This document shows, one piece after another, positions 48,344-62,857 of a stretch of DNA of 64,000 bases (its first letter is position 1; each line of letters opens with the position of its first letter). Position numbers and translations under genes: made by a program. Where the stretch lies: NCBI GenBank assembly GCA_010015585.1, contig ML975151.1. One strand, written 5' to 3'. Source of the stretch: Eremomyces bilateralis CBS 781.70. Lineage: Eukaryota. The notes below the pieces were generated by a model. It searched no databases and had not been told where the DNA came from. It saw only the letters and a list, made by a program, of their open reading frames with translations.

Positions 48344-50334
48344 GGTCGGAGGCCACGATGTAAAATTATGGATAAGACTGGAGTTTGGATAGGCAACCTA
48401 GGTACTGGTACCGGACCGTTACCGACGGGCAGGGAGATCCTAATATCGGATTGTCTGGTAACTGAAAACGAGTGCTCCACGCGGAGATATCTCCTGTCTG
48501 AGTCTCCTGTCACGCTGATGCTCTATTTGAGCGATGGGTCCGTCCGCGTCTTTCTCCGCTTCCGATTTCTTGGAGCCTGGAGGATGCCGCGAGCCTGCTG
48601 CGGGTCGATCCTATGGATTTGTCTGAGTCGTAGAAAATTCCCTCCGCTAAAGGCTAAGCCTGTATAATACAAGTATGGACTTCAACCATGATGGTTCTAT
48701 TATACGACTGCTCGAAATCTAGACGAGATGAGGTAGAAATGAGACGAGGAGAGAAATGAAGCCGCCAAGGGAAGCTTTCGTTTGGATTCAAATGTATGAA
48801 GAGAGGAGTGGGGTCCAGAGCGAAGGTCCAGTGTCTTGCTAAGTTGCTATCCAGTGTCTCTACGAGCCATCGGGGCCCGGGGTCTCCGTTCGTGTCGAAG
48901 AGGCGCTAAAATAGCTCCGGGTACGTGGAACGACTAATGAGTCAAGGGCGCTGGCATCAAGAATTACTGATACATAGGTAAATCGAATAGAATGAAGTTC
49001 AACCAAGAAACACTTGAAATGATGATTCTCCAAAGTTCGACAGCTACGAGACGGTGAGAGACTCCAAGCCCCTTAAAGTAATCTATGAAACAAATGACCA
49101 CCAACTCGCTTGGCCCATGCCCTCTCCTTGCCTATCCTAAACCTAATGCAGAAGTATCCAAGGTCCCGAATCTTTGTAACGTACAACGTTCAGCTCGAGG
49201 CTCTGCTAGACTACGTACACCATTCATAGGCACCGGCAATCTACAATAGGTAAACAGGAAATCCAACCATCAGGTGGGCAGCCCGTTTCACCAGCACCCG
49301 ACTCTTTCGATCTCTCCACCAGATCGGCCCCCATGAGCCAAACAGACAGCCAGGACACCTCGGATCCAACATTAGGAGCTGCTATGGCGGTTGGATTCAG
49401 GAGTTGGCAGGATAGGATTGGTCCACTGGGGGGAATGGATGGTGATCCGCAATGACGGAAGATGGAAAAACGGTGGAGGGCTTGTGAATGGAATCAAGCG
49501 GCCCAGGAGCCCAGAGGGAATGACTGCAAGTTTCACGTTTGGCATCCAGATTTTGAATATTCATTTCATTTCCGGAATATGTCACCCGTCCCAGATCTCA
49601 TGCAACGTCGTCACGACATGAAGAATCCCGACTCGGCAGCTTCTGGCCTTTCCTCGGAGCCGGATTCAGAATTCCGAAATCCGTCATATATTTCCCCAAT
49701 ACCCATAACGACTCGGCGTAGAACTACCATCCTTCCCATCATGCACTGCTCCATCCCCTTCTCCCTAGCGTTCCGACATCAAATACATCCTCCCGCCAGC
49801 CCACCTTGATGCCACCGAAGGAAAACAAATGTATATCCAGTCGTACCAGCGATTCGCTGACACTGCCCACCGAACGCCCTCCACCCTTCCAAGACCAGTA
49901 AGTAAAGAGAGAATATCTGCGATATGCTTGTGCTAGCTTGCTGCCATGATGTCTCTATTTCGTTGGTTGATGAAGACCCCGATCCCAAAGGTGGGCGGTT
50001 GGTAATAGGAACAAAATATTACAAAGGGGTATAATGGTGATGTATCCACAAGAAGAGAAATACGACGCGGGTAGATACTGTCGCGAGGCGGTGAAGCCTG
50101 TAAGAAGAGAAGGTTAAGAGAGTCCCGAAATCCCAGATTTCCACGCTATGCAGGTAAGTATAATAGTGTAGTGTTCAGAAACGGGTGTGTTGAAGGTTCC
50201 GTTGTGAAGAGTGGGTGTAATTCAGCGGAGAGAGAACAGACCGAGACAGAGACCCAAGATAAGTTCCGATCGGCCCATCAAGGGAGCGGAAAGCGGTGCA
50301 AATGAATGACGGTATTAATGTGTGGGTTTCGGTC

Positions 50335-52770
50335 TCAGATTAGCAGAAAGTCCCAGCCCCTCTGTATCATAACGTCCCGCCAGTGGACGCTCTGTCTCTC
50401 TCCTTGCTGTTCTGCGTCGTCGTTGTGTGTCCAAACATCCTTGAGCAGTTCCGCCATTCGTCCAAAGGAACCAAACTGTGATGCATCACCCATTTGGGCT
50501 GACCGCTCGGTAAACATGAGCCGGAAACTTGAGTGTTGCAGCGATACGGAGCCTGCGATGAGCAATGGCCAGACTAAGGATCGGTCAAACCCCTCAGGGC
50601 CGGGAGGAATGAAGCTCATGGCATCCACGAGGGTATCAACGAGGTTCATGACATTGGGATCCCGTCGGTCGAAATGAGGAACCAAACTGCACAGGTAGAT
50701 GCGTGCGGCCGCTCGGAAGACGGCGGTCATATTCTTACAGAGCTGTCGCGGCCGAATGGCGCCGGTGACAGAGAAAGGCGACGCAAGATCATCCGGCCCT
50801 GGTTCCGTCGCACTGATGTGATCACCGAGCATCTTGATGTGGGTGCAGAGCATGACTTCGTCCATGCCGTCCAACTTGAGAGCGTCGAGGCACGCAATTT
50901 CGGAGATCAGGAACATGATCCGGTCGTCGCAGCCCATGAGCTCGGCAAGTCCCATTGCCGCGTTGGAGAGGTTCTTTTCCCGATAAGTGTCAGCGAAGAC
51001 TGGCGCACGACCCAACATGGTTGCACCGAGTATGTCAATCCACGAGGCGAGGACCATGTTGAACGGTGGTTGCGCAGAACCGCTTCCAACAACGTGGGGA
51101 AGCTCCAGTTTGTTGATCAGGTCGGTTGCAGCACGGAAGTGGTCTTGCCATGAGATGTCCAGCAAGCCATCGTCAGGCCGGCCAACTGAGCAGTGGAAGA
51201 AGATCATGCCAAGAGTCGCTTCAAGGATCTGTGCATAATCATCGTTTGTGCTCAACGCCTCACACAGCTTCAGGATTGTGGCATGACGATGACGCATGAT
51301 GTCTGCATCGATCTGTTCTCCTTGAATGCCCTCAGTAGCTTTCAGGTGAAGTGCAGATATGCTGAGGCAGCAATGCAGGTAGGCCTTGTTGGATTCAAGA
51401 GCAGGAAGGATGACGTCCGAGCGAGCAGACCCGTGTTGGTTTGCATCCAGGATAGGAAAGATGAGTCTCAAGACGTTGTCAATGAAGTGGTTGAGCAGAT
51501 GCTGATCGCACTCCTCGACTTGAATCATCGTCTGATGAGTCGGCGAGAAGGTGTGGTGTGGGAAGTCAAAGAAATCAAAATTGACAGGCTCCTCGGCGAA
51601 TGATTCTCTTCTGCTCTCGTAGTAGTCGTGCTGAATCCAACCCTCGGTCGGGAGCTCTTGGCCTGGTTGCGCGGGCATCTGGTAAGTACTGAAGGTCGAC
51701 ATTGTGGAGTCGCGACGCGTTGGAATGTCGTTCACGAAAGTCTGTCGTTCGGTCTTGATATCAACCTCGTACGGTGCGAAGTTACCAAAAGGCGGTGGAG
51801 GGGGAAACGAAGGCACAAATTGCGGAGGTGGCATGATGGATGAGCTGAAGAGGTCCTGGGTGGTCATGGAGTTGTAGTTGCAGCCCAGGGAGAATTGTGA
51901 TTCCAAGGATACTCCTCTTGTCCGCGCCATCTCGTCAGAAAATCCATCTGATGTTGGTACGGAATGACTGAGACTTGGAGGAGTAGTGTCGTTGAGTCCC
52001 TGTGTAGTGGCTGATGCTTCCGCCTTCTCGTTCAGCTTCGTTCGCTTGATGACATCCTTGATGAGCTCTTTCTGGTGTGCTCGCTTCTCGGTATTGCTCC
52101 ACCACATTGGTCGCTTGTATTCGCATTTGAGTCCAAGGTGACGGCAGGCTTTACAGGAGTGCTTGCCCTCATCGCACTTTTTCCGTCGCAATCTGCAGGT
52201 AAAGCAGCCTGGATGTCAATCATGTCAGTTACGGCCACTGGAATGTTGAGAAGGTATGAAACATATGGAATATATAGATTGGAATCGAGACTCTGAGAAA
52301 TAGTAATGGAAATAATGATGACTTGTGAGGCAGTCAAGGCCTCCCCAAAGACCACGAGAGTATTGCCGCTGTACTTGTCTCAATATCGCGGTCATAATTG
52401 CATATCAGCACTCTCAATGGCATATTGTTATGGGCTTCGGCATCTTTTCGCAGCTGTCCATTGTTCAAGATGTCTCGCCGCAAAATTCGATCAAACTGTG
52501 AGACCGGGGAAAAGATGACGACAAAGGTTGCATTTCGGAGGAGGCTCTGGGAGAATGCGGCGCGTGCAGTCCACCAAGTGCCGATCCCTGCACGCCATCG
52601 TGCATAAAAGAAAAAAGGACCGAAAACAACTGACCTGTTCGCGACCTGCGATGCATTTTCGAGGACGTCTCCTTGGCCTTGGTAGCAGCGACATTTCCAA
52701 CAGACATTTCCGGAGCGGTTTTAGTAGGTTTGGAGGAGGTTGAGGAAGGCGATTGCGACTTGGACGCCAT
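50335..52770 (-). CDS. pro1: Zn2Cys6 transcription factor of the Pro1/NosA/RosA/ADV-1 family (sexual development); 2 exons
   Basis: MHRRSRTG|CFTCRLRRKKCDE..CKACRHLGLKCEYKRPMWW; YEVDIKTERQ; ELMGCDDR; GFDRSLVWPL; WDFLLI C-terminus; intron at 52209-52634. Confidence 0.92.
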
Positions 52771-55700
52771 TGAGGGTGGGATACAGGCGGGAGATATCGA
52801 AATTGCGAGGCACCCTCCCGATGGTCCCCAGCTCCAAGACGAGGAGGACCCGAGCCGATGGGAATTACAATTGAGCGAATCCGGTTTGGGATGCAGGTAC
52901 CCTCTGCTCTTTCGCAAAATCCACGGGACCAGTCCAGAGCCAGCGCCTCACACGGGATCAAACAGGATTGATCAAGGCAGTGGTCGCGTACAGAATCGCT
53001 AGGCTGGGTGGACCTTGTCGGCACGGTTAGTAGCGGAGTCTCCAGGAGCGAATTGGCCGACCAGCGGTCAAAACGCTGGGTGATTGGTGAGACTTGGGGG
53101 AAAGGAATAAAGAGAGAGGAGGGGGGAAGGGGAAACGAAACGAAAGCAAAAAATGGCAGCAAATTAGCACAGCAAGCACGAAATGGAGATCAAGAGCAAG
53201 AAGTGAAGAAGGAGAAATGTACCTTATATGTTCTGCTTCTGGAACCGAGAGCCACAAAATGCACCTCATCGGTCGAGTTCTATATTTGGCGACAGTCTTG
53301 GATGGGCAGCAGTTTGGACTTTGGCCATCTTTCCCCCCCGCATCCAAGGGTGCCACCAACCTCCTCTTCTGCTGTCCAGAGCCCGATAGAGCGGAAGAGA
53401 GGTTGACCGGGCCAGTGATTGGGCGGGCGGCCAGATAGTTAGCCTATTTTTCAAACCTGCATTGGGAAATGCCTTGATCTGGTCTATTTTGGGGCATTTC
53501 ACGGGCCAAGCTGTCCGATCCCGCTATTGCCCCCATGCTGCTCTTAGCTTTCAGTGCCTTTCGCAACGCTATCTCAAATAACGGGGTGAGATCGGCGTGA
53601 TATAACTGGATTTGGTCGGAGTAATTAAGCTTTGCAGAACTTTAGACTCAATCAAACCGTAGATTACTTTGCTGAAGCTAGGAGGGAAGAGGCTGAAGAA
53701 ATGCGACGACGGTGACAAGAGCTCCTCTCTGGAGAGTTCCTTTCCCCGCCCCTCGATGCTCGGTTCGAGAAGCATTCGGTGACGTCTCAACAAGTCTCAC
53801 AGATATTCTAATGCAGAGAATATTGAATAGCGTGTGAAGCGGAATGCATTAGTCTCGCGACACCATGCAACTCCCCTGTGAACTGTACCAAGACGGCTCG
53901 ACCCTAGGAGGGAACCTGCACTATCGATAAAAGAGTTCCAGCAGCCCACTGACGGAGGTTGTATCTGACTGTCTCCTCGTTCATGGTGACCCGAGATTGA
54001 TATTTGTGCAACAGATGCGCATGAAGGTGGCTCTTCGGTGGTCATTCCACTGTCTCGGTTGCCCTATCTCCACGGACAACCCATTGTTGCAGATGATGCA
54101 ACGTCTCATCCACGTTTGCCATTTTTTGACTCAGACTTGGTGGATGCAGATCAGCGCAACGGTGCATCCTCGTGGTCGAAGTTGTGTTGGATAGCTTCAA
54201 ACTCCGGAGCAGTATCTGGGGCTGGTTCTCCGACATATTCCTAACAGAGTCTTTACACTTTGGACAGCCAGGGAGATCCATGTACCTCTCAGTGGCACTT
54301 CGGCGGAAGAGTACACCGTACCCGAGATGTGCATAAAGGCATTACACAGGGACGGTAAGGTTTGCGCAGGAAGTGATGGGCAGAATTGTCAGGTCCGGTG
54401 GGACGTGAAGCGAAAGGTTGAGAGCGCCTCACGGTGGGATGTGGTTGGCGGGGGAGGTTGGAACTGGCGTGGAAGGTGTGGAAGGTGCAGACCAAGCTTT
54501 ACCGGATCCAGGGTGGGTATCCATCACAATCCCTGTCTCAGAATGCACGGGGCATCAGCGGCACGATCCGTCTCGTCCAATCGACGCGCCAATGCGCACC
54601 CCGGTCCGATCACTGGCCTACTGTGTCCATAGAAACTGACAGGGGTATATTGCTATGGGCCAGGGGAGCCGACTTTGGCCATTCAGCATCGTCGTCCAAG
54701 CGCCTCCGGGGCACCAAATCTAGGAAATCGCAAGATTCCAGAGCAGATTCAAATGCCGCTAATTGCCCGGTTTGGAAAGAATGTACCATAATTAGCTCCC
54801 TATCTGCCTGTCAAGGTACAGTAGTTGTCCCTCGTGACAGACTATTTTGGTGCGATGACAATTTCTTGCCATACGACGCATATCATTGGGTACCGACTGT
54901 CAAAATCTAATTAATCCCCATCACAAATGATAAGCAATAGAGAGACGGAGAGATAGATAGACAGAATAGGAGTGAGACAGTGAGACGTCTTTTCCAGGTC
55001 TTTGCACATCACCTGCTCTCACAACTGGTTTCTCCGCTCTACTCTCTCCGACCTTGTACCACACTCCCTTCCTAGCCATCCACATTACCGAGGGTTACTT
55101 TCTCACCGCTGTTGATGCTGGTGGCGACCATGTCACTCGGTTGGACAGCAGACGGTCATGTAGTACGAGGTAAAATCTAGAAAGTACCTGCTCCACTGGA
55201 GACTGCGAATCCAACCGCTCCAAGCGGAAAGTCTCGGCTTCATCAACCAAGGCTCGAAGATCGGCCGAACCGGACACTACTAAAGGATGGACACGCTAGT
55301 TGAGCCGCTTGACAAATAATCCCCCTCATTCAAAGCGTTGGCAGGTGAGTGGATGAAGCCGATGGCAATTCTAAGCCCTTCGGTATTGTCTAGAAGCCTC
55401 AACAACATAGGCCTACCCAACCGTTGGATGTATAGGCCTCTATGTCTACGAAGGTTCGGATTTAGCGGCACCAGAGGCCTGAGAGTACGACGTATCGTTA
55501 CTCCAGGTTCTGTTCGGGGCGTACGCCATGATAGTCGGGACAGGACCACATTTGGTTCATGTACACGAGCGATCTAAGCATTCAAACATATTGATCGGAG
55601 GGTCAATGCTCTACACGATTATCGAGATGTCGAGTGGTCCATCGGCACGGTGATCATGAAAAGTTGTTGAGATTAGGGTTCATTTCAAGATTTGAATTCT

Positions 55701-57849
55701 GGAAGCGAATATGGCTTCAACCTTTTAAGTTGATCGTTGCTAGTGTGGAGTGATATCAGTCAAGCTGTCATAAAATGCCGCATATCTGTCGTGCCTGAAG
55801 GTTTCATTGGACTCTTTAATGAAAATGCTAGGGAAAGGATTAGAATTGAGCTCGTATAACTCATGGACTACCAAACCTCTGGGACTGGAGGCACTCAACT
55901 TGTGCCGTGTCTGACAGTTTCCTCGCCGGGCATCAATGCTCAGCACGATCGCGTGCTGATATACCAGTGAATAATGCCCCCACGTCCATGCGGTAGTCCC
56001 GAGGCGTACCATTTGAAAGGAAGCCATGGGATTGGAAGTCCCGGATAGCAGACACAGCAGCAAGGGATGGGAAGGATACTTGGGAGCACGAGAACAGGAT
56101 GTAAAGAAACGACTGTACTCCTTGAGATGCAGATTGGGAAAATGCAATGGTAGCGGTACAAGGATTTGACGTTGAACAACATGAAGTGCTAGGTATAGGT
56201 ACATGTGACCTTTTGGGCCATGTGCAGAGTACTGATTCCAAACACAACAGTCAGTGGTGGCTGGGACGGTTGTGGCCAGCTATTCCCGAGTACTCCGTAC
56301 CATATCCATGAATAATCCTTGATGATACGGATGCGATTCTTTGGCGAATGTGCTTCGACCGGAAATTTGAGACTGACTTCGGGTTCTGTGCACGTCCATC
56401 GTCGTGAAAAGATCGTGAAAAGATCGTCATGAGTGGAACAGTCGCATGAACCATGGGTGATGAGGCGGTTGAGGAGGAGGATCGTCTCGGGGCAAACCTT
56501 GTCATTCGGTCTGGAAGGATTCTCTGTAGCTGTTTTTGTCCTTGCGGTGCATCAGGTTGATATCGGAACATCAGGGTATGAATGGGTATCAAAATATGAT
56601 GCCCAATGATCTAGCGCCCACAAAGAAACGATGGTCCTCAACACCTCACAACTCAGAGCTTTGCGGCGAAGTCCCAACAACCTCCATGTTCCATCATCGA
56701 TCTCGAATGCAGGAACGATATTGACCAGCCTTGCTACGGTGGTTTGATATCATGTTGTGATCTCGTTGAGAAGGGTTTTCAGGGAACTGGTTGCTCGATG
56801 TTGTGGCTGCTGAAGTCTCTAGGGGTGTCCGCTTCATCCCGACCGATCCCTTGTAAGCGTGGACGAGGGAGGCGACGCTTGACAGGTGGTTGAGAGCCAT
56901 CAGACTATCAGAGACATCGGAGGAAAGAGACATCAGAGACGCATAGTCTCACAGATAATAATAACTGACAGGGACTAAAAACGGCCTGAAGACAGGTCTC
57001 TCCAGACTCGCCCATGGAGCGACGAATGGCATTCCAAAGACCAGGACGTAGTACGACATCGGTGACCAGGTTTAAGCGCCCAATTCTCGACGCTGATGCT
57101 CACGAGGAGGGTCGCGGAGGGCAGCGATTGGCGGCATGTTCTGCAATCGTATGTCGCGGGGGTCCTGGAGCGGTTTCGAGCCTTCGAGGGTTGCTAAAAC
57201 GGGGATCAAGCCGCCCGGCCCGCATGGAGCATGTTTCTGCGAGGATCCCGTCCAGTCATCACATCCTCCATTCCCCTTCCAGATGTGCCAGTCTGCCAGA
57301 TCACAGATGCCCTCATGCCCAGATGCCCTGTCGGCCGTCGCCCAGTCACTCGCCCGCCAGTGCAGGGCAGATCCAATGCATCATTGCATCCAACATCACT
57401 ATACCCTGCCATGTCACAGGTGCGACGAATCGTAGATGGCTAATATCTGCACGACGACATGGAACCAGAAACACCTTCGCGCCCGCCATTCGGCGCTGCA
57501 CAATGCATGTCTCGCGATAGTACAAGTAAATGCTCATACCGCCCCGCCTGAGTCTGCTCCCCTCCCCTTTCCGCTTGTTGCTGTCCGTATACAGTTTCAT
57601 TACCCGTTGAATTGTTGCGATTTTGCTATCGCAACCCCAAATTTCCAGATAGAAAGCGAATTGGCTGGTAACGGCACCCCATGTCATAGCCTGGTTTTCG
57701 TTGCGTTTGCTTATTGAGTGTCGCTGCTTACACAATGGTGGTATGTTGGACTCCAAATGCCGTCTTCCGTCAGGGACGTGAGCTTGGGTAGCTAACGACA
57801 GAATCAGTATCCAGTAACACCAATAACCCCGCTGGAAGCAGGTGTGGAG

Positions 57850-60217
57850 ATGTTCCAGCGAGGTAAACCGCAGTCCGTCTTTATTCCTGCCAAAGAACGG
57901 TCAGCCAGGCCGTTGTCGGAGTGTACCGAAATCTTCGATACCGAGGTGGAAGATGACCAGAGCGCGTTCGAGGAGGACTCGGAGCAAGAGAGCTTTCAAT
58001 CAGTGCGTATTTGGGTCCGAAGAGCTAGAAATTCATTGCTAATGAAGGGCACAGAACGAGGGCCGACGAAGCCAGACCACGATTTCGACTGTGTCAGAGG
58101 TCACAACGCCCCAATCCGGGCGAAGAAGCGGGTTCAACCTCCAAATCGATGTAGTACCAGCTGTGGAAGGCCCAAAAGGTCCTCATCTCTTCCGAGCATC
58201 GCAATCCTCAGTCGACTTCACCTTCGACTATGCGCTGCAATTGTCGCCCCTGCTTCCGAAAGAAGACCTGCGGTCAGATTCGGCTCACCGTACACCTGCT
58301 ACGGTGGTCCCCAGTGCGAACATGGGACTTTTCTCGCGTATGATGGGCATGGAGAGCGACGGTGACCTTGAAACTTGGCATGCACAGCAAGTCGGCATGT
58401 GGATGTATCGGATGGGCTTCGAAGACACCATCATCGACCGGTTCGAACTTCACGATATCACCGGCTCAGTACTCATGGACTTGAAATTCGAGGACCTGAA
58501 GGAACTCGGCATCCAGTCTTTCGGCAAGAGGCATCAGCTCTGGAGCGCCATTTGCTCGCTACGGGGTGACGACCAAGTGAGCCCCCCAGTGACTCCCATC
58601 GAAGAAGTGGTACAGCGGAAGTCATTTAAGAACCAGCGATCGAACAGCCTCCCAGAGGAGAATACCCGCCCAGCTGAAGGATGCTTCTCTGAACCACCCA
58701 CTCCTATCACTCCTGGCGGACGGAAGAGGCGAGGTCGCAAGCACAGGAAGAACGGACTAGACCCCATCACACCCGCGGAATCCGTTTCGATCGTTGCCAT
58801 TGAGCAGCTTATTCCCAAGCCTCACAACTGCGCCAAGGGCGAGAACTGTCCGAAATGGAAGAAGCAGCAGAAGCTGTATGCCAAATTGCAAGAGGAGCAC
58901 GGCTTCCCCATCTCGCCAGAGAAGGGCGGCCGCATCTTTATTGCCGGCGACCCTGGCAATGCTTCAACTGCTCCACGCGTGGTGGATCACGTCGAGACGC
59001 AGCAACCTGCTGAATTGAGACCAACATCTGAGGCTGTCCCCTCCGTCGTTGCCTCTTCAGACTTGCTCGGGCCTGGTTTGCTCCCTGAATTCGCCCTTCA
59101 GGAGGAGGCTTTGAGGCAGCTGGAGGAGCGGGATGCGCAGGAGAACGTGAGGCATTTCCTCAACCTCCAGCACCTAAATCCTCCAACGCTCCCAACACCT
59201 GTTGTCGAGCACCCTCCGTCCCCGAAGTTCGATATGTTCCCTACTATCCCTCGTCCGGGATCCGCACAGCCCCTCTCCCAGCTCCAAGCTCTCCCGAAGC
59301 TCACCATCCCACGAGCGCAAAGCGCTATCCCCGCCTATCATGCACTGTCCCCCGACGTACGCCATATGGAGCCACCATCTGCCGTCGACCTGGCTCTCTC
59401 GCCTTGCCACACCATTATTACCTCTCCCCTCGGCAAACCTCCCAAAGAACTCTACCGTTACGGCACTCCTGCCTCCGAGATGGATGTACCCGTAACCGCC
59501 GTCCCTGTTGGCCCCGTCTCTCGCGACGTCAGCCAATCGGTTCCTCCAAATATGCAATTCCGAGATCCCGTATCACGGACCGGCTCCCGAGCCGACTGGC
59601 GCCGTCCTTCCTTCGCCATGCCACCGCTTGCCGAAGGAAAGGTCTTCTCCCCCGCCCACGACCAGGAAGACGAATCGGAGACCGCCACTGTCCGGGAGGA
59701 CGTGACCGACATCCAAGAGCTGAGAGACGCCAACGCGGAGCACATGTCCGCTTATCCTGGCGTGAACCATGCTGGCTGGATGAAGAAGCGCAAGACCAAG
59801 CTTCTCCGTCACGATTGGGAAGACCGCCACGTGCGACTCGCCGGCAACCACCTTGCAATGCACCCCAACGCTCTACCCGCGTCCAGCCCATTGGACACCT
59901 TAAACATCGACGACTACGCCGTCGGGTGCTCGTCTATCGCCTCAAACAAGCTTTCCGCCAAGCTCAAGGCGCTGAAAATAGCCAATGGCGGCAAAAAAGA
60001 AGAGGGCGCGGCCTTTAGCTTCCAGTTGGTGCCCGCCCCCCGAGAGGGCGAGGAATACACCAAGCTGCGGAAGGCCGTCGCCGGCGGGAAGACACACCAC
60101 TTTGCGGTGCGCACCCGCGACGAACGCATCGATTGGATGCGAGAGCTCATGTTGGCGAAGGCCTTGAAGGCCAAGCGCCAGGGCTACGAAGTTCACATCA
60201 ATGGCAGTGCCATGTGA
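57850..60217 (+). CDS. SAM-domain and PH-domain protein (Boi-like architecture without evident SH3); 2 exons
   Basis: SAM: W..QQVGMWM..HDITGSVL..LKELGIQSFGKR; PH: HAGWMKKRK..HHFAVRTRDERIDWMRELMLAKA; intron at about 58003-58054. Confidence 0.88.
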
Positions 60218-62857
60218 AAGCATTTGATATGTTCTAAGTATTGTTCTAGCGAAGGCATTGATTGTTCCTTTCGAATCCGCATTTCTTACTTTTAGCATGG
60301 CGATTTGATTCAGACGCTGGACATAGATACCCTTTTGACGGCATGGCATTGGAATATGGATATCAACACTCAGAAGATGGATTTCCCCTCACGTGGGCTG
60401 GACTTTTGACATTTTGTAACGAGCTATGACTGAACTTACAACACGCTCTTCAGCGATCAAAACTTCCCTTGCATGGCTGGCTTTCAAAGGAAGGATACGG
60501 ACTGTTTGGCAGAAGCCACCGGCCATCCCTATGATAGGCCATACTTAAGTAGCATATCTAGCTAAGTTAGCTAAAGAAAATTAAATAAATGAACATACCC
60601 TGAGCCATTGCATCCCCGACTTGGTGAGATTTGCAATCATTATTTCATTTCCATCATCGATCGCCATCTCAACCATCTTACATCCCACGGCATCGATGCG
60701 ATATCTCCGCTGCCCCGCTGCCAAGTCGATATTGAACCAAACTCTAAGTCTTCTCAACGGAGCTCTCCTGGTCAGCGATGACGGAGTGATGGCTTGGATC
60801 TGGGTCATGCAATATAAATGCAGTACCACCAGAACTTCCGAACCGAGGGTACAGCACTTCTCGGTTCCCTTGTTTGCTAACGACCATCCCGTCTCTCGTT
60901 CTACAGTTCCCAACAATTCAATTGACTCAATTGAGTGGAACTCTGCTGGGAACTTTGTGGATTGTGATGTGCAAGATATGAATGCTGAATGGACCAAGAA
61001 ACCCTGGACGGAAATCAATATCACATCCGGCCCATCAGTTGGCAGGGCTCACGCCACACCATGGAGGCATGAACGAGATATCCTTGCACTTATTCGTATT
61101 ACCAGCAACTCCATGGTCCCCCTCTTAAGGTCACATAAACCTCTCCTCCGTCACACAACGCCCCAGTCATAGCTCCTAATCCATGGCATTCGGCTGGGAG
61201 CTCAGAGCCACACTCAAACTCTGCTGTGCGATCCTGGAGCTCTTCCATATGAGATGCGGGCAGCCGGGCACACGTTCCTGGATGCTCCCAACTCCGGCCG
61301 GTGTTACAGCCGTGCTATGCACCTGCCGTCCATGATCAACGGGTTGCAACTCACGAAAGCTAACCAAATCACATCACAGCGACCATCACGAGAAAGGCAG
61401 CTGGGGGACGCGGCAGCGAGCATGAGCATGAGACGCCAAAAGCGGGATCGGACAGGATTCACTGCGATGTGGCAGCGGACAGCGCAGTGCGGCCAGCGAT
61501 GAGGTCAACCCAGGATTACCTTCACCTTCGCTCATCAGTTGATCACTAACAGGCATGGCACTCCCGTTGCAGCGTTGCCAGACGAACATCAGCAGGGTCC
61601 GGACTGCGGAGAAATTGTCCGATGGGACCGAGCGCTGAACTGCTCTGTCGGCCTGTCGGTCTGCCCGGATGGTTTCCTAACAAAACCTGATAGAGCCATT
61701 GGGAACGTACATTCATAGTGGGCGTTGCGCTGAGGTTGAAACCGTTTGAGTCTTCTGGATGAGCGAGGCACAGAGCCGCATGTTCGCCACCCAAACGTGC
61801 AGCCAACAAGAAATCCAACACTTTTACCGCCAGTCTGACAGCAATCCTTTCTGGTCGCTTTCCTACCTGCATGACATGACGGTTTGAAGCGAAGGATTTA
61901 CATCTGCATCGAGATCTTAGCCGCAACTTTGTAAACGGTGTGCAAATCTGTCGAGTACGGAACCTGGCCCCGATCATTTGAGTTTTGACCTCTCCGTGAA
62001 GTCCCAGCCACTCCCGGCCCCCAGGTCAGTCGTCAGTCGGCTGACATTATTTGTGTTAGCGGCTACATCGAGATGTGAAAGACAAAGTTCAGAGACAGAC
62101 AGGCAAGTTTGCTGCGATGCAAGCCTCATGCAGTTTCGACGTTTTTCATCACATCGATTCAGCGCCAAAGTTGGGGGAGACTCGACAGGGGTGTGTGGGG
62201 CGACACATTTGGTAGCCTTGTGGCCTTGTGGCCGACAACTGCAATGATTTGAGCAGAGGAGCTGGTGTTAGTTTAGATATTATGACATGAGAGGCTCTCG
62301 CCGGCGTACATCTGGTGCACCGAATTATAAAAGGAGGAATATTCTGATTAGGACTTGTTGGTAAGACTTGAAGCCAGACTGCAGGGTGGTGATGAAGTTT
62401 GTTCACTGACCTGTCCATATTAGTAGATATTGCGTAATTGGAATCTCGAAGATCGCATTAATCGGCTATTACGGCTCAGATAGAGCAGCAGCATAGTAAC
62501 TTAAAGGTTGAATGGGGCCAAGGACCTCTTCTTTTATAAAATATATAAAGTTGGAGTTTTGATACGCCTTTGAATCTCCGGATCCTGACAGTTGCGAGAT
62601 CCAGTTTGTATGGCATCTTAATCCAGACCAAAATTGATAAAAAAAGATTCAGTCCACACTCGCACCATCCCTATTGTCTTCATATATCTAGCTAGACCAT
62701 GTGTCGGATGATGAGGTATGATGCGTGTACCGGAGCGTCGAAAGAACTGAAGGGAATTGTGAGAGAAAGAATCGAAGGATATGTATGGCAAAAACACTAA
62801 CATGACGGTGCTTGAAGTGGCGTTGCGAACAGTGTGTCGAACCATGTCCCCTATCCA

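Noticed and set aside
60581..62250. ORF fragments between the SAM-PH gene and the pheromone gene
   Set aside because: No family recognised and no consistent splice model; a decayed gene cannot be excluded
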